Notes: a model not told the origin generated them from the letters alone. Shown: positions 44,063 to 54,139, numbered from the stretch's first letter. The stretch: DNA of 64,000 nucleotides from Thermoplasmatota archaeon (GCA_038884455.1 JAWABU010000001.1:11263-75262), one strand, 5' to 3'. Numbers and translations: made by a program.

Positions 44063-45325
44063 CTACGAAAAACCAAGCAGCCATTTCCACACAGGAAGAA
44101 CCTGTATCGTTTTATTCGCTACATGAATTTCTTCCTCCTGCTCTTTTGTAAGAAGCAAACCTTCTTTCAAATGAAACATTTCCATAGCTTCAAGTAAACC
44201 AGCGACCTCGCGTTCCTTATCACCTTCATCCAGAACATAACAAACCTGGATCGCCTCACAAATCCGCGTGTCTTCTTTAACCAGGAAATCACATTCGTGA
44301 TGATTTGTAAAATAATACACATCTTTTTTCTGTCGTTTCAACTCAAGGAACACCAGATTTTCTAAAACCTGCCCTTTATCCGAGGAAAACGTTGTTCCAA
44401 AAACATAATGAAACGCGGGATCAACCGTGTAGATTTTTTTTGGGGCGTTGAGTTGCTTTTTAAGAGAATAATCAAAACGCTGCACCTCAAAAAACAGATA
44501 CGAGTTGCACAGATATGAGATATACTCTTTAACTGTAATCGAATTCGATAGCTGTAATGTTTTTTTCAAGGAGTTGTAAGTGAAAGGAGAAGCAATCGTT
44601 GTCATTAAAATATTGACAAGTTCTTTCAAGGTTTTCTGCCGTTTAATCATATATCGGGCAATGATATCTCGATAGAGAATGTTATTATAGAGTGTGTGAA
44701 GATATTCCTTATCCCTGGTTTTCAGATATTCCGGTATTCCACCGTGAATCATATACTCATCAAACAACCGAATCAAATGAACTTTTTTTTCTGTTAGATA
44801 CAACCAGTCTTTTTGTGGTACACTTTTTTTGAATCGAAGAAATTCTCTAAACGAAAACGGATACACTTCAAATGCTTTATACCGTCCAGTTAACCGTGTG
44901 CCAAACTCCTTGCTCAACAGCGAGGCATTGGATCCAGTGATGATTATTTTTTTCCCTTGATCATGAAGTCGCCGAACAAATGTTTCAAATTTATCGATAT
45001 TTTGAATTTCATCAAAAAAATAGAATTTAGGAGATGGATACACCTCAAGAAGGATTTCATGCAGTTGTTCAAAATCTTTAGCGTTGAACTCAAGAAACCG
45101 TTCATCATCAAAATTGACATAACACATATTCTTGTTCTGATGTATCAGTTGTTTCAAAAGTGTTGATTTACCGCTTCGTCGCAATCCCGTAAGTATAAGA
45201 ATTCTTGGATCCTTGAACCAGGATACGATGTCGTCTATATTTTCTCGAAGAACAGTTTCTCCAGGGAGAACACTATCATTTTTCTGCTGGATGACAACCT
45301 GACGAAAAACTTCCTTCGACATCAT
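44063..45325 (-). CDS. AAA+ ATPase of the COG1373 family (AAA_14 plus DUF4143).
   Basis: Walker A GLRRSGKST. Walker B FFDEIQ. 420 aa. C-terminal DUF4143-like region. Confidence 0.8.
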   Translation of the reverse strand: MMSKEVFRQVVIQQKNDSVLPGETVLRENIDDIVSWFKDPRILILTGLRRSGKSTLLKQLIHQNKNMCYVNFDDERFLEFNAKDFEQLHEILLEVYPSPKFYFFDEIQNIDKFETFVRRLHDQGKKIIITGSNASLLSKEFGTRLTGRYKAFEVYPFSFREFLRFKKSVPQKDWLYLTEKKVHLIRLFDEYMIHGGIPEYLKTRDKEYLHTLYNNILYRDIIARYMIKRQKTLKELVNILMTTIASPFTYNSLKKTLQLSNSITVKEYISYLCNSYLFFEVQRFDYSLKKQLNAPKKIYTVDPAFHYVFGTTFSSDKGQVLENLVFLELKRQKKDVYYFTNHHECDFLVKEDTRICEAIQVCYVLDEGDKEREVAGLLEAMEMFHLKEGLLLTKEQEEEIHVANKTIQVLPVWKWLLGFS

Positions 45326-45480
45326 ACTAAATGGTAGTTAGTATTAACATATAAATGTTTTCATTACCAATTAGCACAATGCAACATACTGAACGTGGCA
45401 GCGGCCTTGGCGAACAATCGTTTTCAGAAACAACCGACATTCTTTACCGTCTGTACGATGATCAAATCCGTAGTCTCATG

Positions 45481-45580
45481 GGTGACTCCTCAACCTTCCA
45501 AACCGTCATCTAAACACGATTTTTTCCACATGAATCATTTTTTCTATGTTACCTTACGCCAACGTACTCCTTTTATGCCA
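45481..45580 (+). repeat. Copy 2 of the intergenic direct repeat (GGTGACTCC...TTCCAAACCGTCATCTAAACACGATTTTTTCCACATGAATCATTTTTTCTATG...).
   Basis: Lies in the divergent intergenic region between the two COG1373 genes. Aligns with copies 1 and 3. Confidence 0.5.
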
Positions 45581-45791
45581 GTATTGGTGTTTTATTCGGT
45601 TCGTCTTGCAGAGTTGATTGATCTCGTTATTTGTGGTTTTTATGATTTTTTGAGCGGGATAGTAGCGTAGGATGAAAAATAAGGTACAGAAAAGATGGTA
45701 ATGACGCAGGTATTCTAGGACAAATGCATAAAAATGGTTAATATATCGATTACAATCGAAAGATTTATAATTTTCATTCGATTACGTTAGA

Positions 45792-47078
45792 GTGATGAAA
45801 GAAATCTTATTTGACTGGAATCCATGGTGGGCAGAATCATATACCTTCCAAAAAGTAAAAAGGGAACTCTTCCAACGCATCAAACCATGGATTGAGAGAA
45901 AAGAAATCATTGCACTCCTCGGGGTTAGGCGAAGTGGAAAAACAACCGAACTTTTTGAGATTATTGACCACCTCATTCATGAACAACATATCAACAGAGA
46001 CAATATCTGCTTCATAAAAGCAGATGACGATCGTGTGGAAAAAAAAGAGTTAATTCAAAAAGCATTAGACGAATACATCACCTGGAAAAATCCGAAAGGT
46101 AGAATCTTTCTATTTATCGATGAAATACAAGAAATACCTGAATGGCAAAAAACACTTAAAAGAATATACGATCTTGAACAAGAAAACAAAAAGATTTTCA
46201 TTTCAGGATCCAACGCCTCGTTATTGAAAGAAGAACTCAGTTATCTCCTTACGGGGAGATTCGCTTATTTTGAATTGTATCCCTTTAGTTTTAAGGAGTT
46301 CCTCCTGGCTCATAATATCAAGATACAAAATGAAATGGATTTGATACAGCAGAAAAATACGATTAGGAATCTTCTCCTCGCCTATATCGAATACGGAGGT
46401 TTTCCTGAAATAACTCTTGAAAGAGATAAAGAAAAGAAAGAAGAATTGTTACGCTTTTACTTTGAATCAATCCTCTATAGAGATGTCGTAAAAAGAAAAA
46501 ATATTAGAAATGTCGAAAAACTCGACCGACTGGTAAGATGGCATTTGCAAAATACATCTGCCTATGCAAACTATGAGAAACTTGGCAAGTATTGCGAACT
46601 ATCAACAGATACGACAGGAGAATACACGCGATATCTTGAAGACGCCTATCTCATTTTTGTTGTAAATATTTTTGCTTATTCGCTAAAGAAACAATTCGTT
46701 AATCCGAAGAAAGTGTATTGTATCGATCCTGGTATACGAAAAATCGTCGGATTCATCTTTTCTCAGGATAGCGGAAAAATGTATGAGAATATAGTGTTTA
46801 TACATCTCCGACGGACCGGAAAACAAATTTTCTATTGGAGCGAGAAACACGAATGTGATTTTATCATCCAAAATAAAATGAACATCGAAGAAGTGATTCA
46901 GGTTTCATCTGATCTTCAAGAAAACAAAGAACGGGAAGTGAACGGTTTACTCGAAGCCATGAAACATCTCAACGTTCTAAAAGGAAGTATCATTACGAAA
47001 GATTACGAATCGAAAGAAATCATCGATGAAAAAGAAATTCGATTTATCCCTCTCTGGAAGTGGCTCCTTCTTCGTTGA
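45792..47078 (+). CDS. AAA+ ATPase of the COG1373 family, divergent paralogue.
   Basis: Walker A GVRRSGKTT. Walker B FIDEIQ. 428 aa. Same architecture as the minus-strand paralogue. Confidence 0.8.
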   Translation: MMKEILFDWNPWWAESYTFQKVKRELFQRIKPWIERKEIIALLGVRRSGKTTELFEIIDHLIHEQHINRDNICFIKADDDRVEKKELIQKALDEYITWKNPKGRIFLFIDEIQEIPEWQKTLKRIYDLEQENKKIFISGSNASLLKEELSYLLTGRFAYFELYPFSFKEFLLAHNIKIQNEMDLIQQKNTIRNLLLAYIEYGGFPEITLERDKEKKEELLRFYFESILYRDVVKRKNIRNVEKLDRLVRWHLQNTSAYANYEKLGKYCELSTDTTGEYTRYLEDAYLIFVVNIFAYSLKKQFVNPKKVYCIDPGIRKIVGFIFSQDSGKMYENIVFIHLRRTGKQIFYWSEKHECDFIIQNKMNIEEVIQVSSDLQENKEREVNGLLEAMKHLNVLKGSIITKDYESKEIIDEKEIRFIPLWKWLLLR

Positions 47079-47207
47079 TCTTTTTTTGTTTCTATATACG
47101 ACTGCAATCATGGAGACGAAGTACTTTTCAGGACCAGCTAGAGTAGTGTACCAACTCTAGGCATATCGACTGATCTTGTAGATTTCATTCCAAGAGCAAA
47201 CATGATG

Positions 47208-47265
47208 GTGACGTCACTTTCCAAAACGTCACCTAAAAAACCATTTTATCCGAATATTACCACAC
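47208..47265 (+). repeat. Copy 3 of the intergenic direct repeat, preceded by a perfect GTGACGTCAC palindrome.
   Basis: GTGACGTCACTTTCCAAAACGTCACCTAAAAAACCATTTTATCCGAATATT aligns with copies 1 and 2. Confidence 0.5.
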
Positions 47266-47357
47266 AACAAACCCCGTTATTCCTTGTGAATCTCACCGAA
47301 AAAAAACACAGTATTCGAGAGAAAACCATATATCTACGGTAGCAATACTCTCTATAG

Positions 47358-47783
47358 ATGGATACAGAAAGGCGTGATCGATACAAGGATAAGCTTGAAC
47401 TCATTGAAAAAAGACTCCAAGAAATAGAAGAGTGGACAAACATATCCTCGCAAGAGTTTATCTCAGATGAAAAAACGAAACTCGCAACATATAAAGCGTT
47501 TCAAGAACTAGCAGAATCCTGTATGGATATCGTTGCAATGGCATGTAAAGATTTAAAAATTCTGCCGAAAGATGATTACACCAATGTCGAAAAACTTAGT
47601 CAAAAACTGAACATCAATAAACGAATGCTCCAAGAAATAAACGGACTTAGAAATAGGTTGATTCATCGATACAACAGCACTGATGATACCGTAGCTTTTG
47701 AGAGTATCCACGAGCTAATGATAGAAATCAATACATTTATAGACGTGATTAAACGATGGATAAAAAAATCATTAAAAAAATAA
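47358..47783 (+). CDS. hepT: HEPN-domain toxin, HepT/DUF86 family.
   Basis: Rx4HxY motif (RNRLIHRY) near the C-terminus. 141 aa. Confidence 0.75.
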   Translation: MDTERRDRYKDKLELIEKRLQEIEEWTNISSQEFISDEKTKLATYKAFQELAESCMDIVAMACKDLKILPKDDYTNVEKLSQKLNINKRMLQEINGLRNRLIHRYNSTDDTVAFESIHELMIEINTFIDVIKRWIKKSLKK

Positions 47784-48130
47784 AAAACGATTTCTCACCA
47801 TTCCACAATAGAGTATTGGGCATAGTACTCTATGGCTCACACCAGAAAAGAACTCAGACAGCTCGGAGCGACATCGATATCTGTATTATAGCCCCCGGTG
47901 AAAATCACAAAAGACTGTTTAAAGAGATGCTTCCCCTCAACTATGACATTAAGATTTTTGAAACAATGCCGCTCTTTCTAAAAATACAAGTTATTCACCA
48001 TCATAAGATACTGTATACAAAAGATCGATATGCACTCTACGAGTATTTCTATATTTTTAGAAAACTCTGGAATGATCAAAAAGAAAGACAGCGTCTCACT
48101 AAAAAAGAAGCACTCTACCTCTTTAGTTAA
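47756..48130 (+). CDS. mntA: Minimal nucleotidyltransferase (MNT) antitoxin partner of HepT.
   Basis: GSx10DxD motif (LYGSHQKRTQTARSDIDICII). 124 aa. 28-nt overlap with hepT. Confidence 0.75.
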   Translation: MDKKIIKKIKNDFSPFHNRVLGIVLYGSHQKRTQTARSDIDICIIAPGENHKRLFKEMLPLNYDIKIFETMPLFLKIQVIHHHKILYTKDRYALYEYFYIFRKLWNDQKERQRLTKKEALYLFS

Positions 48131-48177
48131 ACAAAGAGATGCTGTACCTTTGACTTAAGATTCCTTTGTAATTGATC

Positions 48178-48711
48178 CTATATATATTTTAATTCTTTGA
48201 GTTTTTTTATGACGTTCTGAGTGCTTTCGTCAATTGTTTCTTTATCAGAATAAAGAATCAAATCAGGATGTTTCGGTTCTTCGTAGACATCATCAACTCC
48301 AGTAAAATCTTTAAGTTCACCAGTACGTGCTTTCTTATACATCCCTTTTACATCTCGTTGTATACAAACCTCAAGAGGGCATTTAACATAAATTTCAACA
48401 AAAGAACCAAGAATACGTCGAGCATACTCGCGATGTGTTTGATACGGAGAAACAAAGCTTGCTACCACAATAACCCCATGCCGCGTTAACAGTTTTGCAA
48501 CAAAAGTAACTCGTCGTATATTCTCATCTCGGTCCTTTTTTGAAAAACCAAGATCACTGCAGAGCTCCTTTCGAACGTTATCCCCGTCGAGAACCTCAAC
48601 TGCATAACCATCTCCTCTCAATATATCAGCAACACGATGTGCAATTGTAGTTTTACCAGAACACGGTAAACCAGTAAACCATACTGTAAACCCTCGTTGA
48701 TTTTCCCTCAT
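48178..48711 (-). CDS. cysC: Adenylylsulfate (APS) kinase.
   Basis: MRENQRGFTVWFTGLPCSGKTTIA P-loop and LDGDNVR motif. 177 aa. Confidence 0.85.
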   Translation of the reverse strand: MRENQRGFTVWFTGLPCSGKTTIAHRVADILRGDGYAVEVLDGDNVRKELCSDLGFSKKDRDENIRRVTFVAKLLTRHGVIVVASFVSPYQTHREYARRILGSFVEIYVKCPLEVCIQRDVKGMYKKARTGELKDFTGVDDVYEEPKHPDLILYSDKETIDESTQNVIKKLKELKYI

Positions 48712-49721
48712 CGGTTAACCTCACAACCAGTATCAGTTAAAAAATCTATAATTTTTTCAACAAAAAGATGAGTTTTTTCCTTGGGAACAATAGCACCAAG
48801 TACCTCTGCCTTCCCACCGGTTTTAAAACCATACTTCTTTCCAAGTTGAATTAACGGTTCAACATTCTTATGACTCCGAACATAAATCTGATCCATATCT
48901 TTAAAAAAACCGGTATTAATAACAAGTGTGTTTTTCCCAGATTGCCATGCAATTTTCCGGGTGATCGTTGAAATAATATTATACGTCGTATCAATTTTTT
49001 TAACCACGACGTCTTTAATTATCTCCTGGGGTTGACGAAGACACAATGAAATTTCTTCGTCGAGTTTGATGAGGTTTTTTTTCCATTGTGAATTCTGAAG
49101 AATCATATCACCATTGGTATAATCTAATAAGCGGCGGGGCGCTTCCTCGACTTGTTTCTTATCGCCGATCTTATAACACGAATCAAGTAAATACACCATT
49201 CGAAGCATCGTATCAAAAGAGATACCATACAAGGAACAATACTGCTCAATACGTGGGTACATTGCGTTATTACCCAGAATTTTCTGTTCATGATCACCGA
49301 CAACACCAAGTAACGCCCATAACGTAACCTCCTGTTTCAGAAACTCATTCACAATCCAGCTTGTAGATGGATATAGATCAGGATTTTTACCACGACTAAT
49401 CGGGTTATAATGGTGAACCGCAGGAATGATGTTTTGAAGATGATGATCAAAAATAAATATTTGTGGAATGGTTTTCGACAAACGAAGAATGTTTTCCTCA
49501 GGGAGAGCCATATCAACTATGATAAGAAAATCATACTTCGAATAGCAAGTCAATTCAGCCTCCGTAAGAAAATAATTTCCCAACTCTGGAGTAACATTGG
49601 TAATGGTTTTATCATGTAAAAATTCTAATATCAGACGTGCTGAACAAATGCCATCGGTATCCCAATGATGGAGTAAAAGCCCCTCCCCCAAAAGATGAAT
49701 CAAATCCTTTTTTTCACACAT
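48708..49721 (-). CDS. DHH-family phosphoesterase (NrnA-like; candidate 3-prime-phosphoadenosine 5-prime-phosphate phosphatase).
   Basis: DHH motifs (HHWDTDGICSA, DHH). DHHA1-like C-terminal half. Embedded in the sulfate-activation operon. Confidence 0.7.
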   Translation of the reverse strand: MCEKKDLIHLLGEGLLLHHWDTDGICSARLILEFLHDKTITNVTPELGNYFLTEAELTCYSKYDFLIIVDMALPEENILRLSKTIPQIFIFDHHLQNIIPAVHHYNPISRGKNPDLYPSTSWIVNEFLKQEVTLWALLGVVGDHEQKILGNNAMYPRIEQYCSLYGISFDTMLRMVYLLDSCYKIGDKKQVEEAPRRLLDYTNGDMILQNSQWKKNLIKLDEEISLCLRQPQEIIKDVVVKKIDTTYNIISTITRKIAWQSGKNTLVINTGFFKDMDQIYVRSHKNVEPLIQLGKKYGFKTGGKAEVLGAIVPKEKTHLFVEKIIDFLTDTGCEVNR

Positions 49722-49745
49722 ACAAAACCTTTTTACTCTTCATGT

Positions 49746-51011
49746 TTACTCTCTGATCATCCCAGCACCAACTGTCTCATTTGTCTGCTCATCAATAAGA
49801 ATCAAAGAACCTGTAGAACGATTCCGTCGGTAACTATCAAAGAACAACGGTTGCGAAGTATGAATCTTGATCCGACCGATCTCATTTAAACTAAGCTCCT
49901 CAACCTGTTCAACGCGATGCAAGGTGTTGATATCAATTTTATAGTAAATCGACGTAACTATTCCTTTAACCTCTCGAGTTGTATGGCGAATACTATACTT
50001 TTTCCCAGAGATCAACGGACGTGTACTCATCCAACATACCAACATATCAATATCTTGACTGACAGTTGGTAGATTATGCTCACGGACAATCATATCTCCA
50101 CGACTCACATCAATATCATCTTCAAGCTGCATAACAACTGACATCGGTGGAAAAGCTTCCTGAACACACCCAGAAGGGGATTCAATTGTTTTAATTTTAG
50201 TTGAAAAACCGGACGGCAATACCTTAACACGATCCCCGGGTTTGAACACACCACTTGCGATTTTTCCTGCATACCCTCGATAGTCATGATACATTTCAGA
50301 TCGAGGGCGAATCACGTATTGTATCGGAAATCGACAGTCAACCAAATTCTCATCACTACCTATATGGATATTTTCAAGCAGATACATAAGTGTTGGACCT
50401 TTATACCACGGCATATTCTTGGAGGGTTCAACAATGTTATCACCATGCAACGCACAAATCGGGATAAAAGAAATATCATTTACCTGAAGTTTTACGACAA
50501 AATCCTCAATATCCTTCTTGATCTTTTGATACACTTCCTGTTGATAATCTACTAAATCCATCTTATTGATACAAATCACAAAATGAGGTATCTGCAATAA
50601 TGCTGCTATGAAAATATGTCGATGAGTTTGCTCAACAACACCATTTCGAGCATCAACTAAAATCACAGCAAGATTTGCCGTTGATGCACCAGTAACCATA
50701 TTTCTGGTGTACTGGATATGTCCTGGTGTATCAGCGATGATGAACTTACGTACCGGCGTAGCAAAATATCGATAGGCAACATCAATAGTAATCCCCTGCT
50801 CACGTTCTGCCCGAAGACCATCGGTTAACAATGCAAGGTTTAATGTTTCTCCGCGCTGCTCACAGAGTCGCTCAAGATTTCTGAGTTGATCCTGAAAAAT
50901 AGTTTTACTGTCGTATAACAATCGCCCAATCAACGTACTTTTCCCATCATCAACACTTCCTGCAGTGGTAAACCGAAGTAACTCCATTTCAGCATAGTTT
51001 CGCTGAGTCAT
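49746..51011 (-). CDS. cysN: Sulfate adenylyltransferase subunit 1 (GTPase).
   Basis: G-domain motifs GSVDDGKST, DTPGH, NKMD. EF-Tu-like domains II and III. 421 aa. Confidence 0.85.
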   Translation of the reverse strand: MTQRNYAEMELLRFTTAGSVDDGKSTLIGRLLYDSKTIFQDQLRNLERLCEQRGETLNLALLTDGLRAEREQGITIDVAYRYFATPVRKFIIADTPGHIQYTRNMVTGASTANLAVILVDARNGVVEQTHRHIFIAALLQIPHFVICINKMDLVDYQQEVYQKIKKDIEDFVVKLQVNDISFIPICALHGDNIVEPSKNMPWYKGPTLMYLLENIHIGSDENLVDCRFPIQYVIRPRSEMYHDYRGYAGKIASGVFKPGDRVKVLPSGFSTKIKTIESPSGCVQEAFPPMSVVMQLEDDIDVSRGDMIVREHNLPTVSQDIDMLVCWMSTRPLISGKKYSIRHTTREVKGIVTSIYYKIDINTLHRVEQVEELSLNEIGRIKIHTSQPLFFDSYRRNRSTGSLILIDEQTNETVGAGMIRE

Positions 51012-51013
51012 TA

Positions 51014-51925
51014 TTAGAAATATCCCTCCTTTTTCCGATCTTCCATTGAATTTTCAGATCTCAGATCATCACCTCGACTCACCCGTTCTGACTGCCGAGA
51101 TTGCGCAATCTCATCAACAATTTCTCTGATGGATACTGCTCGTGACTGGATCAAACCAGTACATGTCATATCTCCAACGGTACGACAACGTACAAGCATT
51201 GATTTCACATTTTTCTTCTCATGATCATCAAGATGTAGGAACGGAGACAACGCATAAATGACACCGTCTCGAATAATACACTCTCGCTGATGAGCAAAAT
51301 AAATCTTGGGTACTTCGATATTTTCCCAAAGAATATATTGCCAAACATCAAGCTCAGTCCAATTACTTAACGGAAAGATTCTAAAATGTTCCCCGGCATG
51401 TTTTCGTCCGTTGTATAGATCCCAAAGTTCAGGACGTTGATTCTTTGGATCCCATTGACCAAAATCATTTCGATGAGAAAAAAATCGTTCCTTTGCCCGT
51501 GCTTTCTCTTCATCTCTTCTTCCTCCTCCAATTGCTGCATCAAACTTATACTGATGGATCGTATCAAGCAATGTCGTTGTTTGTAACAGATTTCTACTCG
51601 CATACCGACCTGTTTCCTCATGAACTCGTCCTGCATCAATTGATTGTTGTACTGATCCTATAATCAACCGTACTCCCAGTTTTTTGACGAATGCATCTCG
51701 AAACTCTATGGTTTCTGGAAAATTATGACCGGTATCGATATGAACAAAGGGAAAAGGAATGGGTGCAGGATGAAATGCTTTTTTTGCCAGAATTCCAAGG
51801 ACAATTGAATCTTTTCCCCCTGAAAATAACAAACAAGGGCGTTCAAACTGTGCCACAGTTTCACGAAGAATATATATTGCTTCTGACTCTAGTTTCTCCA
51901 TATGATTTAAAGTATATCGAGTCAT
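51014..51925 (-). CDS. cysD: Sulfate adenylyltransferase subunit 2 (PAPS reductase-like fold).
   Basis: Start MTRYTLNHMEKLESEAIYILRETVAQFERPCLLFSGGKDS (ATG at 51925), giving about 304 aa as for E. coli CysD. The ORF-track start at 52027 is an upstream extension. Confidence 0.85.
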   Translation of the reverse strand: MTRYTLNHMEKLESEAIYILRETVAQFERPCLLFSGGKDSIVLGILAKKAFHPAPIPFPFVHIDTGHNFPETIEFRDAFVKKLGVRLIIGSVQQSIDAGRVHEETGRYASRNLLQTTTLLDTIHQYKFDAAIGGGRRDEEKARAKERFFSHRNDFGQWDPKNQRPELWDLYNGRKHAGEHFRIFPLSNWTELDVWQYILWENIEVPKIYFAHQRECIIRDGVIYALSPFLHLDDHEKKNVKSMLVRCRTVGDMTCTGLIQSRAVSIREIVDEIAQSRQSERVSRGDDLRSENSMEDRKKEGYF

Positions 51926-52068
51926 AATTTGCCAGTACTTCAGTATCAACATATTTATATATGTTTGTTTTTTGTAAAAAAAAGCGCATTTCGACAACTG
52001 AAAACGTCTTGCCAAGCCCACCTCCAAAAAAGGTATCTTAATAATCCAGAAAAACTATACAAGGACCT

Positions 52069-52794
52069 ATGACAAATGAACTGATGATACTAAACATCAT
52101 CCGATTTATAACAGGATCGCTCGTACTTCTCTACGCATCGTACACCGATATTAAAACCAGGCGGGCAGCAAATTATCTCTGGGTCATCATCGGAGGGGTT
52201 GGAACGATTCTGCTCATCATCCAGTATATCATGATTGGTTTTGACAATATCTTTATGCTCATCTTCATCCCTCTCTTTATCGGCCTTATGTATCTTCTGT
52301 TCCAACTTCGAGTAATTTTCGGAGGAGCTGATGCAAAAGCATTTATGGCGCTTGCAATCCTTGTCCCTATTCAACCGGTCATCGCATCATTTCCAATTCT
52401 TGATAGCGGGCCAATAACTATGCCAGGATCCTGGATCATCTTTTCAAATTCGGTACTCCTCTTTCTGATAATCCCTATTAGTTTATTGATCTATAATACC
52501 ATAAAGAGAAATCTCCAATTCCCCTATTGTCTGCTTGGTTATCAAACATCGGTCGAACGGGCACGGCAAACATTTGTCTGGCCTCTCGAGAAAATAGTCG
52601 ACGGAAAACGAAAATTCTCCTACAAACCACAAGAAGAAGACATTGAGGAACATCTTAAAAAGTTCGACGAACAAGGAATCAAAACACTCTGGGTTACCCC
52701 AAAAATACCATTTATGATTCCGATGCTTGCTGGTTTTATCACCACTTTTATCCTTGGAGACCTTCTATCAGCTTTGATATATTCTCTTGTATAA
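52069..52794 (+). CDS. A24-family prepilin/preflagellin peptidase (FlaK/PibD-like).
   Basis: Polytopic membrane protein with the two catalytic Asp motifs (SYTDIKTRR and GGADAKAF). 241 aa. Confidence 0.75.
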   Translation: MTNELMILNIIRFITGSLVLLYASYTDIKTRRAANYLWVIIGGVGTILLIIQYIMIGFDNIFMLIFIPLFIGLMYLLFQLRVIFGGADAKAFMALAILVPIQPVIASFPILDSGPITMPGSWIIFSNSVLLFLIIPISLLIYNTIKRNLQFPYCLLGYQTSVERARQTFVWPLEKIVDGKRKFSYKPQEEDIEEHLKKFDEQGIKTLWVTPKIPFMIPMLAGFITTFILGDLLSALIYSLV

Positions 52795-52852
52795 CAATAA
52801 CAACAAGAAGAACATACATATATACCTTTTTTTCATTACCAGTCTGCGAGCT

Positions 52853-53956
52853 ATGACAAAACGAGATTACTATGAAATTCTTGGAATCGACAGAAATGCT
52901 TCAAAAGAGGACATCAAAAAAGCATACCGTAAACTCGCATTAAAATATCATCCTGATAAAAACAAAGAAAAAGATGCAGAAGAAAAATTCAAAGAGATTT
53001 CTGAAGCATATGCTGTTCTCTACGACGATGAAAAACGAAAAATGTATGATACCTATGGTCATGCAGGAATTGATCAGCAATACACACGAGATGATATTTT
53101 CAGAGGTACCGATTTCAGCGATATTTTCAGAAGTATGGGATTTGATTTTGGGTTCAGTAGTTTTGATGATATCTTTGAACAGTTTTTCGGTCAACGCCGG
53201 GGATACAGTCGACAAGAACGAGTTCGAAGAGGATCTGATCTCCGGTATGATATCGAAATTACGTTAGAAGATGCATATCGTGGGATGCAAACAGAACTTG
53301 ATATCCCCCGTTCAGAACCATGCGACACATGTGGCGGAAGTGGTGCAAAACCAGGGACAAGTCCACAACGATGCACCCAATGTGATGGGACCGGGCAGAT
53401 TCGACGATCCCAGCGTACTGGTTTTGGTTTATTTACCCAGGTCACCGTATGTCCTCGATGCAACGGTCAAGGTACTTTTATTGAACAACGATGCCCAAAT
53501 TGCCGAGGACGCGGCGTCGTACAAAAGACTCGTAAGATAGAGATTACCATACCTCGCGGTATTGACGACGGCTCGCAACTTCGACTTGCGGGACAAGGAG
53601 AAGCTGCACCAGGTAACGGTGTAAACGGCGATTTATACATTGTTGTTCACATCAAAGAGCATCCGTTTCTGACACGAAGAGGATCTGATTTGTATCAGAA
53701 AGTAAAAATTAGTTTTCCCCTTGCGGCTCTCGGCGGTAAAAAGATGATTCCTACATTACAAGGTTCTGAAGAACTTCGGATCCCCGAAGGAACTGAGAGT
53801 GGAGATATGTTCAAATTAAAGGGAAAGGGCATGCCGTACTTACGGGGCAGTGGTTTTGGTGATATGTATGTTGAGGTTCATATTGAAACACCAAAACGGT
53901 TATCCCGGAGAGCTCGTATGCTCCTCGAAGAATTTGACAAAGAGTGTTCTGAATAA
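52853..53956 (+). CDS. dnaJ: Chaperone DnaJ (Hsp40).
   Basis: J domain DYYEILGI...[16 protein letters not shown]. Four CxxCxGxG zinc-finger repeats. C-terminal substrate-binding domains. Start ATG 52853. Confidence 0.9.
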   Translation: MTKRDYYEILGIDRNASKEDIKKAYRKLALKYHPDKNKEKDAEEKFKEISEAYAVLYDDEKRKMYDTYGHAGIDQQYTRDDIFRGTDFSDIFRSMGFDFGFSSFDDIFEQFFGQRRGYSRQERVRRGSDLRYDIEITLEDAYRGMQTELDIPRSEPCDTCGGSGAKPGTSPQRCTQCDGTGQIRRSQRTGFGLFTQVTVCPRCNGQGTFIEQRCPNCRGRGVVQKTRKIEITIPRGIDDGSQLRLAGQGEAAPGNGVNGDLYIVVHIKEHPFLTRRGSDLYQKVKISFPLAALGGKKMIPTLQGSEELRIPEGTESGDMFKLKGKGMPYLRGSGFGDMYVEVHIETPKRLSRRARMLLEEFDKECSE

Positions 53957-54139
53957 AGCAGTTTTCTTTTACACAACGGTTTTCTTGAAGTATATTTTCA
54001 GACAGAGCTGTTTTTCGTTATTCTCTATATAAATATAAAATTAAAATAATATTTTTTAAATAAATTTAATATGATACAAAAACTATAAATATGAGAGATA
54101 ATGATTTACTATCGCAACCAGATATCCAGATGATGAGGT

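Noticed and set aside
45395-45670. 91-aa ORF in the divergent intergenic region between the two COG1373 ATPase genes.
   Set aside because: It overlaps direct-repeat copy 2 and the divergent promoters. There is no motif, and it lies in a region expected to be regulatory.
43835-47265. Considered whether the three direct repeats form a CRISPR array.
   Set aside because: Repeat spacing is about 1.7 kb and each interval contains a protein gene. The repeats are imperfect and about 60-80 bp. No cas genes. Not CRISPR.
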